DNA of 64,000 bases from an uncultured Chloroflexota bacterium. Lineage in GTDB: Bacteria; Chloroflexota; Dehalococcoidia; Lucifugimonadales; UBA826. The stretch is taken from contig CAJWWP010000003.1 of assembly GCA_913048525.1 (NCBI GenBank), positions 7,190-71,189 of the forward strand, written 5' to 3'. Positions 19,244-28,891 of the stretch are shown here, piece after piece. The notes beneath the pieces are model-generated. The model was given only the letters and a program-made list of their open reading frames with translations, did not search any database and was not told the DNA's origin. Both the position numbers and the translations under genes were made by a program. Each line of letters starts with the position of its first letter. The first letter of the stretch is position 1.

Positions 19244-20570
19244 CGGTACCCAAACGAACCGTATCCCCCTGCTTTATCCCTGCCCCTTCTAGTGCCCTTA
19301 CAACACCAGTTTTTTGCATATGTCGATACAATTGCATACGAGCCATCCAGTCTTCGTAATCAATTCTTTCTGCGATACGTTCAACCCCGGGGGCATCGAC
19401 AACAAAAACATCATTTTCAATAAATATACCAACACCCTGTCTCTTTGGTATTGGCCTCAGTACCGGTACCTCTTTTTCCATATCTAGCGAGCCTATTTTG
19501 GGAAGATCTATAGCGGCTACGCCTGAAAGAACCTTGTCTTCGCCATCCTCCACCTGAACAACTACAGGGTTAAAGGGTCTTTCATCTCCAACTTTCTCAG
19601 GTTCAAGGGCCACCAAAACCGCATCAATTAACTTACTAATCCCTTCACCTGTTGCAGCAGAAACGACGTGTATGTCAGTCCCTTCGATATCCAAGGATTG
19701 GACTATTTCTTCCCTGAGTACTTTCACTTCCTCCAAGTCAGCCTTGTTTATGGCAATTATCTGAGGCTTTTCATCAAGCTTTTCATCAAACAAACGAAGC
19801 TCGTCATTAATCTGCCTAAAGGTTGACCCCGGGTCTTCGCCGGCACCGTCAACCATATGAATAAGCAATCGTGTTCGTTCAATGTGCCGAAGGAACTCAT
19901 GGCCCAAGCCAACTCCTTTGTGAGCACCTTCAATCAATCCTGGAATATCAACCATCACTATCGTCTTATCTCTATGCTCAACCACACCTAACACAGGCTC
20001 AAGTGTCGTAAATGGGTAGTCAGCTATCTTTGGAACCGCAGAGGTTAAGTAACTAATCAAGCTAGACTTCCCTGCGTTAGGGGCACCTATAATCCCTACA
20101 TCCGCTAGCATCTTTAATTCCAATTTTAGTTCTATTTCTTCACCCCTTTCCCCCGCCTGAGCAATAACCGGATACTGGTTTGTAGAGGATACGTATTTAA
20201 CATTTCCATAGCCCCCTGAGCCACCAGGAGCCGCAATAAATTCCTGATCATGCTCAGTCACATCAACGATAAGATCATTTCCATTCCATACCTGTGTTCC
20301 TACAGGCACATTAACGACTACATCGGCTCCATCTGATCCATGCTTCTTAACACTCCCCCCATTTCCGCCATTTTTTGCTTGAAAAACACGTCTATATCTA
20401 AACTGTAAAAGCGTGTTTTCATTAGAGTCTCCTTTGATGACAATGTTGCCGCCTCTTCCACCATCCCCACCATCTGGTCCTCCTCTTGGCACAAATTTCT
20501 CATGCCTCCCACTTATAGCGCCATCCCCACCAGAGCCACTTTTTATTTGAATTATTACTTCATCAATCAA
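19224..20570 (-). CDS. obgE: GTPase ObgE/CgtA
   Basis: Gly-rich Obg domain (GGPDGGDGGRGG), GAPNAGKSS, DYPFTT, DIPGLIEGA, NKAD, C-terminal OCT domain. Confidence 0.97.
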   Translation of the reverse strand: MIDEVIIQIKSGSGGDGAISGRHEKFVPRGGPDGGDGGRGGNIVIKGDSNENTLLQFRYRRVFQAKNGGNGGSVKKHGSDGADVVVNVPVGTQVWNGNDLIVDVTEHDQEFIAAPGGSGGYGNVKYVSSTNQYPVIAQAGERGEEIELKLELKMLADVGIIGAPNAGKSSLISYLTSAVPKIADYPFTTLEPVLGVVEHRDKTIVMVDIPGLIEGAHKGVGLGHEFLRHIERTRLLIHMVDGAGEDPGSTFRQINDELRLFDEKLDEKPQIIAINKADLEEVKVLREEIVQSLDIEGTDIHVVSAATGEGISKLIDAVLVALEPEKVGDERPFNPVVVQVEDGEDKVLSGVAAIDLPKIGSLDMEKEVPVLRPIPKRQGVGIFIENDVFVVDAPGVERIAERIDYEDWMARMQLYRHMQKTGVVRALEGAGIKQGDTVRLGTVEWEWD

Positions 20571-20594
20571 AGTTTTCTCCTTTTGGAGAAGTTT

Positions 20595-20830
20595 TAGAAG
20601 GGATAATAATAAGAATAATAATCCCGTGGATATTGTTGATTATGTTCCTGATAGGCGTGGGATTCAAACGAATATTAGCACGAATAATAGTGTAGATAAT
20701 GTGGATAAAATTATTATGGTTGTGGATATTTTTAATAATAGTCATAGGTTGTTGATAATTAGACAAACTTATACACAAATATTACAAGTTGATAACATTA
20801 AATTCTAAGATATCCACAGATTTATATAGA
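20595..20830. other. Probable chromosomal replication origin (oriC)
   Basis: AT-rich spacer with ~9 DnaA-box-like 9-mers (perfect TGTGGATAA 20700-20708; TTATACACA 20769-20777; 1-mismatch boxes at 20691, 20721, 20750, 20810), TAA trio run at ~20603-20622, and a visible change from C/A-rich to G/T-rich plus strand. Confidence 0.85.
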
Positions 20831-20862
20831 AAATCTAGCCATATATTATTTGGAGAAGTGCC

Positions 20863-22191
20863 ATGACTCAAAGTAAGGACTTTATATCTGATCTATTAAA
20901 CGAGAAGTCCATTTTTCAATCGTATCTTGATGTAGAAGCAGCACTTGCAAGAGCTCAGGCTGCACTGGGTGTAATTCCTCAATGGGCGGCGGACATAATA
21001 TCTGAAAAATCCAACTTGGAACTCTTGAATATGGAGAATGTTTATTCAGGTCTTGAAAAAACAGGACACCCACTAGTCCCTCTCATCTGGGAATTGGATA
21101 GAGTTTGTGGGCCACAGGCAGGAGGATATATTCACTGGGGAGCAACAACTCAAAATATCACACAGACGGGAAAACTATTATTGGTCAAACAATGCCATGC
21201 TTACTACAAACAGGAATTGGGAAAACTCCTACTCACACTGGCAGAACTTGCTGAGAGATCAAAAAATTATACGATGCCAGGACGAACCCATGGTCAGCAT
21301 GCTGTGCCAGCAACTTTTGGATATAAAGTTGCTGTTTGGATTGACGAGCTAATTAGACATACAGAGAGAATGACTAGCTGTGAAGATAGAGTGTTCGTAG
21401 CGATGCTTGGAGGGGGAGCAGGAACGATGGCTTCTGTTGGTTTAGAGGGACTGAAAACACAAGATCTTATAGCAGAGGAATTGGGAATTAGTTCAATGTC
21501 AATGCCCGCTAGAACAATAGGTGACCACCTGACGGAGTACATCACAATTTTGGCAATGCTGGCCGCAACATCAAGCAAGATGGCGCGGGAGGTCTATACC
21601 ATGATGAAGCAGGAGTTTGGTGAAGTGGAAGAGCCCGTTCCGGTCGGTGCGGTAGGCTCGTCTACGATGCCGCAGAAGCGCAACCCTCGTCTTAGTCAGG
21701 ATGTTGTGGCATGGGCTTCGGAAGTGCGCACCTATGTGCCTATGTCTTTAGAAGCTATGCAAACGGAGCATGAAGCCGATAAAACTACTAGCATGATGAT
21801 AAATACGGCAATCAATAGGGTTTGTTTTTTGACCGGCAAGATTATAGATGGATTGAATGAAATTTTCTCCGATATAAACCTGTTTCCGGAGAGAATGAGG
21901 AAAAATCTTGATCTGTCAGGTGGACTTATCATGTCTGAAAGAGTGATGCTTGAACTTGGGAAAGAGATAGGAAGGCAAAGAGCCCATGATGCCGTTTATG
22001 AAGCGGCTCAAAGGGCGGTTAATGAAGGAAGGGCATTTAGTGAAACTTTGGCGGAAGAAAAGGAAATAGCCTCGTTACTATCGACGGAACAGATTGACGA
22101 TCTTCTAGATCCTGAGCGATACACTGGTCTATGTGCTTACTTTGCCGAAACATTTGCAGAAAAAGCACGGGTGGTCTCAAGGGACCTGTAG
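20863..22191 (+). CDS. Adenylosuccinate lyase / 3-carboxy-cis,cis-muconate cycloisomerase family lyase
   Basis: HWGATTQN, GRTHGQHA, fumarate-lyase signature GSSTMPQKRNP. Confidence 0.88.
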   Translation: MTQSKDFISDLLNEKSIFQSYLDVEAALARAQAALGVIPQWAADIISEKSNLELLNMENVYSGLEKTGHPLVPLIWELDRVCGPQAGGYIHWGATTQNITQTGKLLLVKQCHAYYKQELGKLLLTLAELAERSKNYTMPGRTHGQHAVPATFGYKVAVWIDELIRHTERMTSCEDRVFVAMLGGGAGTMASVGLEGLKTQDLIAEELGISSMSMPARTIGDHLTEYITILAMLAATSSKMAREVYTMMKQEFGEVEEPVPVGAVGSSTMPQKRNPRLSQDVVAWASEVRTYVPMSLEAMQTEHEADKTTSMMINTAINRVCFLTGKIIDGLNEIFSDINLFPERMRKNLDLSGGLIMSERVMLELGKEIGRQRAHDAVYEAAQRAVNEGRAFSETLAEEKEIASLLSTEQIDDLLDPERYTGLCAYFAETFAEKARVVSRDL

Positions 22192-22210
22192 CTACGGGTT
22201 GATTTGGAAA

Positions 22211-23404
22211 CTATTTGAGGCCTATAGGCAAACTATTTGGGATAGTATCTGAAGCTCTCAGATTGGCTAATTCAGAGTCTGATATTCCGAAGCTTTTTAA
22301 AATGGCATTTGTGTCGCCGCCGAAAGAGGGAGGCTCAACCTCAACTAGATCACATTCAGACATGACGACGGGATTACCCGGCCAGGTTACGTCACCCCAA
22401 TGACGAGATCCTTTAATATTTTCTTCCTCATTATGAATATTTCCATAGGTTCGTTCAACGACAATTCCTCTTCTCCTATTTCCTTCCTCTCTATGAAGCT
22501 CGGAGGCGTATTTGTTTATTGCAACGGGAACTCCAGCAGAGGAGAGTAGAGAAACCCAGTGGGTACTTGTGTTAGTGAGAAATATGTCTTGCAGATGCTG
22601 ACTACTTGGATGACTATCCATATTAGCGAAAGAGGGAATAGATTGAAGTGCAAGCGATTCATCACTATTTGAAACAGAAAGAAAAATCCAAGAGTCGTCT
22701 GCACATTTATACAACTGGTTAAAGGAATCAGTTCCTCTTATTCCTGGACCCCCTAAATCGCGACGACTATATCCTGGATAATCAACATGATAAGGTCCGG
22801 TAATGGTCGCAGAAGTATAAGAAAGTGCGGCCTCTATTTTTTGCCCTCTTCCAGTTTTTTCCCGATCCAGCAAAGCAAGCATGACGGCATAAGCAGCGGA
22901 GATACCGGTTCCGTAGTCGTTCAAAGTGAAAGTAGCGGGACGAGGTCTTTGTGGCTGTTGGGGGTCAGAGACTCCAGCGTTGCGCAGTTGTATTCCCGTA
23001 GCGGCCTGCGCATTTTGCTCAAAGCCGGGTCGCATCTGCCAGGGGCCTTCCTGCCCGAAGCAGTTTATGGAGCCATAAATAATTTCCGGATTTAGATTCT
23101 TCAAAGCCTGGTATCCAATACCTAGTCTATCGGCAACACCTTTGCGAAATCCTTCCAACACTACGTCAGCCTTACCGGCCATAGTTAGGAAGGTGTCGAG
23201 TCCCCCAGGTTTTCCTAGGTTGAGTGCGATGCTTTGCTTTCCTCTCCCTACGTCAAGCCAGGGCGTGAGTTGAGGGGGGCGAAAGTCAGGATCTACCTTG
23301 ATTACATTGGCTCCATACTGAGCTAATGTACGCCCACATGTGGGCCCAGCAAGAACTATGCAAAGATCCAGCACAGTCACACCATCTAAAGGAAGGTCAT
23401 TCAT
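22211..23404 (-). CDS. Class III CoA-transferase subunit carrying the catalytic Asp
   Basis: PLDGVTVLDL, AGPTCGRTLA-YGA-VIKV, GFRKG, LNDYGTG; ATG at 23404 just after the upstream stop. Confidence 0.88.
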   Translation of the reverse strand: MNDLPLDGVTVLDLCIVLAGPTCGRTLAQYGANVIKVDPDFRPPQLTPWLDVGRGKQSIALNLGKPGGLDTFLTMAGKADVVLEGFRKGVADRLGIGYQALKNLNPEIIYGSINCFGQEGPWQMRPGFEQNAQAATGIQLRNAGVSDPQQPQRPRPATFTLNDYGTGISAAYAVMLALLDREKTGRGQKIEAALSYTSATITGPYHVDYPGYSRRDLGGPGIRGTDSFNQLYKCADDSWIFLSVSNSDESLALQSIPSFANMDSHPSSQHLQDIFLTNTSTHWVSLLSSAGVPVAINKYASELHREEGNRRRGIVVERTYGNIHNEEENIKGSRHWGDVTWPGNPVVMSECDLVEVEPPSFGGDTNAILKSFGISDSELANLRASDTIPNSLPIGLK

Positions 23405-23411
23405 ACTGAAG

Positions 23412-24497
23412 TTAATTATCTCCCGGCATCTCAGGAGCAGGTGTTTTGACCTGTCCAAGATTCCCGTGGGTTTTAACAAGTAATCCCGGTTGTTTCATCC
23501 TCCCGAATATTGGGTCATTTATCTGAACGACTGCACCCGAGTCTGAAGCCTGTGGTTCGTCTAGCCATTCATCCACTGTTCTGCAGGCAGTTCCGGGAAC
23601 TCCAATATGTTCCATAAAGGTTTCCCACTCAAGTGCTGTTCTCTCGCTCCATATTTCCTCGAACTTTTGGTTCCATTCTTCTAAAAGGTCGCCATCGGAA
23701 TTCAGCAGTTTATTATCAGTCAGGTGATCCAGCCAGTCGGGGTGTCCTATTGCTTCAAGAAAAGGTTCTAAAAATCGAGGAATTGCGATGTTTACATTGA
23801 TCCATCTGCCATCTCGGCATCGATAAAAACGAGCAATAACCGGATGCCCCTCCTGTTTACCATGCGGTCTTTGCGAGTGTCGCACTAGTGCAGTGCCCAT
23901 ACCTTGGTACATTGAGTCGTGGATAGGCACTGTTATTTGCTGCCCCTTTCCTGTTTTTCCTCGGTATAGCAATGCAGCTGTTACAGCGGGAGCCGCTGTT
24001 ATTGCGGCGAAGGTGCTGGCGTAATAAAGTTCATGGAAGGAAGGCCCCTCTTCTGGTACTGGGTCATCTCCGGATGGGTTAAGAGCATAAACACCGGAGC
24101 TGGCAGCCACCAGACCTTCACGTGCTGGTAACCAACCCAGTGGATGATCTTCTTGAAATGCTGGAATCGATACCACCACGGGCTCCTTATCAGCAGTTAT
24201 CTGGGAGAGGGAGGCAAATGTAAGACCAAGAGCGGTTTTCTCGGAAGCATCAAGACATTCGATGACTATATCAGCGCCATTGGCAAAATGAACGACTGTA
24301 TTCTTCGAGTAAGTGGACAAAGAGGAAAATTTTCCTCGATTCCACACTGCGAACTCTTCCGTACCCCTGGAAGGGTCTCCACCTAGAGGCTCTATCTTAT
24401 GAACGTCAGCTCCTTGGTCTGCTAAAAGCATCCCAAGTATAGATCCAGCCGGATAGCGGCTGAACTCGACTACCTTATATCCGGCTAAGACACCCAT
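23412..24497 (-). CDS. Class III CoA-transferase subunit, degenerate (no Asp at the catalytic position)
   Basis: LADQGADVHKIEP, WNRGK, YRCRDGRW; YYASTFAA in place of the Asp motif. Confidence 0.85.
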   Translation of the reverse strand: MGVLAGYKVVEFSRYPAGSILGMLLADQGADVHKIEPLGGDPSRGTEEFAVWNRGKFSSLSTYSKNTVVHFANGADIVIECLDASEKTALGLTFASLSQITADKEPVVVSIPAFQEDHPLGWLPAREGLVAASSGVYALNPSGDDPVPEEGPSFHELYYASTFAAITAAPAVTAALLYRGKTGKGQQITVPIHDSMYQGMGTALVRHSQRPHGKQEGHPVIARFYRCRDGRWINVNIAIPRFLEPFLEAIGHPDWLDHLTDNKLLNSDGDLLEEWNQKFEEIWSERTALEWETFMEHIGVPGTACRTVDEWLDEPQASDSGAVVQINDPIFGRMKQPGLLVKTHGNLGQVKTPAPEMPGDN

Positions 24498-24533
24498 AAG
24501 AAAAACTAAAGCTGGTAAGGGTTACCCCCTTAC

Positions 24534-26174
24534 TTACCTGTACTGATCTATCCCAATGGTTGCAGAAGATGGCCCCGACGGAAAAACTAAGGTTTTAGCT
24601 CGATCTGCGCCTACAACGACTATGTCTATATCGTCTGGGCTATGAAGCAATGGAACTTCGGTGGACAGAATTTCTTCTTCGGTCTGATTCCGTAGGTAGT
24701 GCCAATTTTCATGCACACGGGCATCTCCCAAAGGCATGTACTGGATCATTTTACCGAGGCTATTATTGGCATGCTTATGTATGAACTCTCTTGCATCTTT
24801 TTTGGAGAAACCTTCCCCACCTACGGGGCCAGCAACGTCCGGAGGCATGAAGATTAACCTTTCATGCCCTCCGGCACGACTTCCACCGAGGGTTGTGTTT
24901 CCAAAGGTGATTCCATAGGCTAAAGTTTTCAACAAACCTTCGGCTGAAGTGTTTCCTTGATCCTGTACGTCTAGCTCACCGTCGGTTACGAAAATTGATA
25001 TAGCACTTTCACTGGCTTTGAATCCACGATCTTCTGCATATGAAGGCCAAGGACTCATATCCTCATTTTCGCCTAAGCAGTGAACAAATTTTCGAGTCGT
25101 TCCGATCGTGTCCATATCCATCTTATTCGGATACCACATTCCTATGTTTTTAAGGCAAAGGTAAAAAGCTCTCCCGATTATGATGTTTATTTCATTATCT
25201 CGACCAGGACCCAGAGCTGATCTTGGATTGAGACCAACCTCTTTGGCAATAGGTCCGTTTACTACGAGAATAGGGGCATGAGGGCTTGTGGACATTAAAA
25301 GGGACTTTCCTCCATGTTCCCCCATTTCAGAAAGACATTTGACTGCAGCGATTATTATTGGCATGTGTTCAGGTTTGGCTCCTGCCAGAGCGGAATTTAT
25401 CGCTATTTTTTCCACTGTGGCAAGTCCAAATCCAGGGGGCATGTCGCACACTACGTGGTCAGATGGGAGGCTGGTACCGGATATTAGATCAGCAACTGCA
25501 GATTCTGTCGGAGGAAAAACAGGGAGAGCATCAGACCAATCCCTGCGAGTGTAGTCAGAGTTCATTTTCAGGATAGCGTCAAATCTGTCTTCACCCTCAT
25601 ATCTCAGTGTAGACTCTTGGTCTTCTGGGGTGGTGTCGTTGGTACTGTCGGCGGTGAGACACGAGATTAATTCATCCATTACCTCTTCTGTCTGAGTGAC
25701 ACATAGGTTGTCGGCGAGATTACGATATATTCTTGGGACGATCACAAACTGCAAATCAGGCATGCCAAAAGCTCGACTACTGGCCAGGGCGTCGTCTTCG
25801 AATCGCCCGGAAACGATTGGGACAGCTGGCTTACCCATTTTTTCTATTTCAATCATGTCGTGGCACATCCACGACGCGCATGTCCCTCAATCAGCCGTTG
25901 CACCTATTACGACATCACATTCCTCTCCTGCTTGTTTCACTATTGGAGGTGGGGTGGGGTAGTTTCCGCCCGTGTAAAAGTTAATACTTACATCGCTGAA
26001 ACGTTCTTGGATGATTTCGCCAGCACGATTTAAAGCTAGGTCACCACCGTGCGTGCCACTCCAGACAAGGCCAATAGTTAGACCGTCTAGAGATTTGGGT
26101 CTGGGGTTGGTTCTTAATATGTTCATCATCCCACGCTGTTGAGCGACAGGATTAGATACTTCCAGTAGGTGCAT
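24534..26174 (-). CDS. UGSC-family-like selenoprotein (U96 in a UGTC motif) with a large C-terminal domain, 546 aa with Sec readthrough
   Basis: ORFs 25887-26213 and 24534-25868 are in frame, separated by TGA plus 6 sense codons: ATAD-U-GTCASWMCHD; GGAGG RBS before ATG 26174; SECIS-like hairpin follows the UGA. Confidence 0.85.
25854..25882 (-). promoter_or_regulatory. Putative bacterial SECIS element
   Basis: mRNA UGA-GGGACAUGCGC-GUCGUGG-AUGUG-CCACGAC: perfect 7-bp stem starting 11 nt after the UGA, with GU in the loop. Confidence 0.7.
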
Positions 26175-26278
26175 TATTAACCTCCATTTGTTAGCGGTAA
26201 TGACTAGTGGCACCGATTATACAGACCAACGCCGTCAACTGCCGTTATAATTGAAAACCTAAAACTTAGGATAGGTAT

Positions 26279-26908
26279 GTGATGAATGACATGGAGCCAT
26301 GCGGGTTGCTCGTTGCCACTAGAAACGCTGCGAAGATGCAAGAATTAATGGTCCTTCTCGGGGACACCAGGTATAACCTGCTGTCCTTGAATGAGATGTC
26401 CATTGACCCGGGTTACGAGGTGGAGGAAACTGGCTCGACTTTTGAGGAAAACGCGATATTGAAAGCTGAGGGCTATGGTGCTATTTCGGGAATGATGACG
26501 CTTGCCGACGACTCTGGTCTTGAAGTTGATGCACTGGGTGGTGCCCCGGGGGTTTTATCTGCCCGGTATGGTGACGAAACATTAGATGATTTGGGCAGAA
26601 ATGAGCTGCTCCTCAAAAACGTGTATGGATTGCCAGAAGAGGAACTTACTGCCCGGTTTAGGTGTGTTGTGGCTATTTATACTCCGGGTGATGGGACAGT
26701 GACTTTTGATGGAAAGATTGAAGGCAATATCACACATAATCCTCGAGGTGGCAATGGGTTTGGGTATGACCCCTTATTTTTTTTCCCACCTAAGGCTAAA
26801 ACACTTGCGGAGATACCCTCCAGGGAAAAACATGAGGTATCACATAGAGGTACTGCGGTGAGGCAGGCAGCAAGCTACTTGCGAGAAAGAGGTGAGTCTG
26901 GATGTTGA
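26279..26908 (+). CDS. rdgB: Non-canonical purine NTP pyrophosphatase (RdgB/Ham1)
   Basis: ATRNAAK, ETGSTFEENA, ADDSGLEVDALGGAPGVLSARY, GFGYDP, SHRG. Confidence 0.95.
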   Translation: MMNDMEPCGLLVATRNAAKMQELMVLLGDTRYNLLSLNEMSIDPGYEVEETGSTFEENAILKAEGYGAISGMMTLADDSGLEVDALGGAPGVLSARYGDETLDDLGRNELLLKNVYGLPEEELTARFRCVVAIYTPGDGTVTFDGKIEGNITHNPRGGNGFGYDPLFFFPPKAKTLAEIPSREKHEVSHRGTAVRQAASYLRERGESGC

Positions 26909-27918
26909 AAGCTGAACCTCTAGATAAACTGTCCCGCCCTCTAAGGGATTTAAGGGTGTCTGTGACGGATCGTTGCAATTTTCGATGTCCTTACTGCATG
27001 CCCGCTGAAATTTTTGGCGAAAGATACGAGTTCCTCCCAAGAAATGACCTTTTGACGTTTGAAGAGATAACTCGAATCGTTCTGCTGTCAACTCAACTTG
27101 GTGTGAAGAAAGTCAGATTGACGGGGGGTGAACCTCTTATAAGACAGGATATCGTTGAGCTTGTATCAATGATAGCAAATATTGGTGCCATAGAAGATTT
27201 GGCTATGACAACCAACGCTTATCTTCTCTCTGGAATGGCAGAAAGCCTGAAAAAAGCAGGGTTGCAAAGGATAACAGTGAGTCTAGATTCTATTGACGAC
27301 GAAGTATTTCGTAAGATGAATGGCCGAGGATTCGGGACAGCAAAAGTTATGGATGGTATAGCTGCAGCGAAAGAGGCTGGTCTGGACCCAATTAAAATCA
27401 ATGCTGTTGTGCAAAAAGGTATTAATGACGACACATTGGTTGAACTAGCACGGTGGTGTCGAGATAACGGCTACACCCCGCGGTTCATTGAGTACATGGA
27501 TGTGGGTACATTAAATGACTGGAAGTTAGACGAGGTGCTCCCAGCGGCTGATATTGTGAGAATAATAGAGAGGGAATTTGCGATTGAACCTATTGAACCT
27601 TCCTACCAGGGAGAAGTTGCAAAAAGATATAGCTATAAGGATGGGAAAGGGGAGTTTGGGGTTATTTCGTCTGTGACGCAACCGTTTTGTGGTGACTGCA
27701 CTAGGCTGCGACTATCTCCAGAGGGACAAATTGTCACGTGCCTGTTTGCGGACGGAGGAACTGATCTTAGGGGACCCATGAGAGACAACATTACTGATAA
27801 GGATTTGCTGAATCTCATGTCAGGAACCTGGACAAATAGGGAGGATCGTTACTCAGAGATTCGTACGTCAATGACTAGCCCAAGAAAAAAGGTTGAGATG
27901 TACCACATAGGTGGCTAA
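26902..27918 (+). CDS. moaA: GTP 3',8-cyclase (radical SAM)
   Basis: LRVSVTDRCNFRCPYCMP, FC-C-RLR...CLF twitch domain, C-terminal IGG. Confidence 0.96.
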   Translation: MLKAEPLDKLSRPLRDLRVSVTDRCNFRCPYCMPAEIFGERYEFLPRNDLLTFEEITRIVLLSTQLGVKKVRLTGGEPLIRQDIVELVSMIANIGAIEDLAMTTNAYLLSGMAESLKKAGLQRITVSLDSIDDEVFRKMNGRGFGTAKVMDGIAAAKEAGLDPIKINAVVQKGINDDTLVELARWCRDNGYTPRFIEYMDVGTLNDWKLDEVLPAADIVRIIEREFAIEPIEPSYQGEVAKRYSYKDGKGEFGVISSVTQPFCGDCTRLRLSPEGQIVTCLFADGGTDLRGPMRDNITDKDLLNLMSGTWTNREDRYSEIRTSMTSPRKKVEMYHIGG

Positions 27919-27933
27919 GAAGAGGAAATTCTT

Positions 27934-28884
27934 TTGTCAATGATCACTATCTACACTGACGGGGCTTGCATAGGGAATCCTGGACCAGGAGGTTGGGGGG
28001 CTGTTATATCTGGTGACGGTCCCCAAAGGTCTCTTCATGGTAGAGACTCGGATACAACCAATAATCGTATGGAAATCCTCGCTGTAATTAGAGGCTTGGA
28101 AGATTTACCCGAAAATTCCGATATTACTGTTTATTCCGATTCTTCCTATGTCATTAACACCATGACGAAGAACTGGAAACGAAACAAAAATCAGGACCTC
28201 TGGAAAATCCTTGATGGAGAAGTCGGCAAGAGGAATGTCCAGTGGGTTTGGGTTAAAGGACACGCTGGGGATCCGCTAAACGAAGAGGCCGACCGTCTTG
28301 CGCATTCGGAGGCTGTTGGGAAGCCCGTTTCACCTGTTGGAGAAACATCACCAAATATAGTGGGAGGGGTAGCAATGGAGCAAAAAGAAGAAAAAGACTT
28401 ATTTGGTAAGGTTGATAAGTTAACCCATGTTGACGAGCATGGAGAAGCCAGAATGGTAGATGTTGGAAGTAAACCTGATACTGATCGGGTGGCGGTAGCA
28501 AAGGGGTTTGTGAAGATGAAAGCCCAGACGATCGAGTTAGTAAATGCAAATGGAGTTGAAAAAGGGGATGTTTTGGCTGTTGCTCGAGTCGCTGGAGTTA
28601 TGGCAGCGAAGCAGACTTCGAATCTTATTCCTCTCTGCCATCCATTGCCATTGACGCAAGTGACCATCGATTTTGATATTGATATAGAGACCTCAACTAT
28701 TTTAATAACAGGGATTGCAAAGACTAGAGGGAAAACCGGGGTGGAGATGGAAGCTTTAACAGCAACCTCTGTGGCTGCTTTGACCATATATGACATGTGT
28801 AAGTCCGTGGATCGAGGAATGAGTATGGGAGCACGTCTTTCCAGTAAGACCGGCGGACAATCAGGGGATGTTTTTTTAGACTAA
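27934..28884 (+). CDS. rnhA-moaC: Fusion of ribonuclease HI and cyclic pyranopterin monophosphate synthase MoaC
   Basis: N-half YTDGAC-GNPGPGGWG, TNNRME, SDS-Y, WVKGHAG...NEEAD; C-half LTH...MVDV, LIPLCHP, GVEMEAL, YDMCKSVD; no stop between them. Confidence 0.9.
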   Translation: MSMITIYTDGACIGNPGPGGWGAVISGDGPQRSLHGRDSDTTNNRMEILAVIRGLEDLPENSDITVYSDSSYVINTMTKNWKRNKNQDLWKILDGEVGKRNVQWVWVKGHAGDPLNEEADRLAHSEAVGKPVSPVGETSPNIVGGVAMEQKEEKDLFGKVDKLTHVDEHGEARMVDVGSKPDTDRVAVAKGFVKMKAQTIELVNANGVEKGDVLAVARVAGVMAAKQTSNLIPLCHPLPLTQVTIDFDIDIETSTILITGIAKTRGKTGVEMEALTATSVAALTIYDMCKSVDRGMSMGARLSSKTGGQSGDVFLD

Positions 28885-28891
28885 ATTGGCT

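Noticed and set aside
20563..20808. Two short Ile/Asn-rich ORFs (20563-20778 minus, 20626-20808 plus)
   Set aside because: Low-complexity translations of the DnaA-box / trio region, with no protein-like features.
23405..23479. Apparent 68-nt overlap of the two CoA-transferase ORFs as a frameshifted single gene
   Set aside because: The second gene has its own ATG at 23404, 7 nt after the first stop, so a two-subunit arrangement is simpler; an ancestral fusion cannot be excluded.
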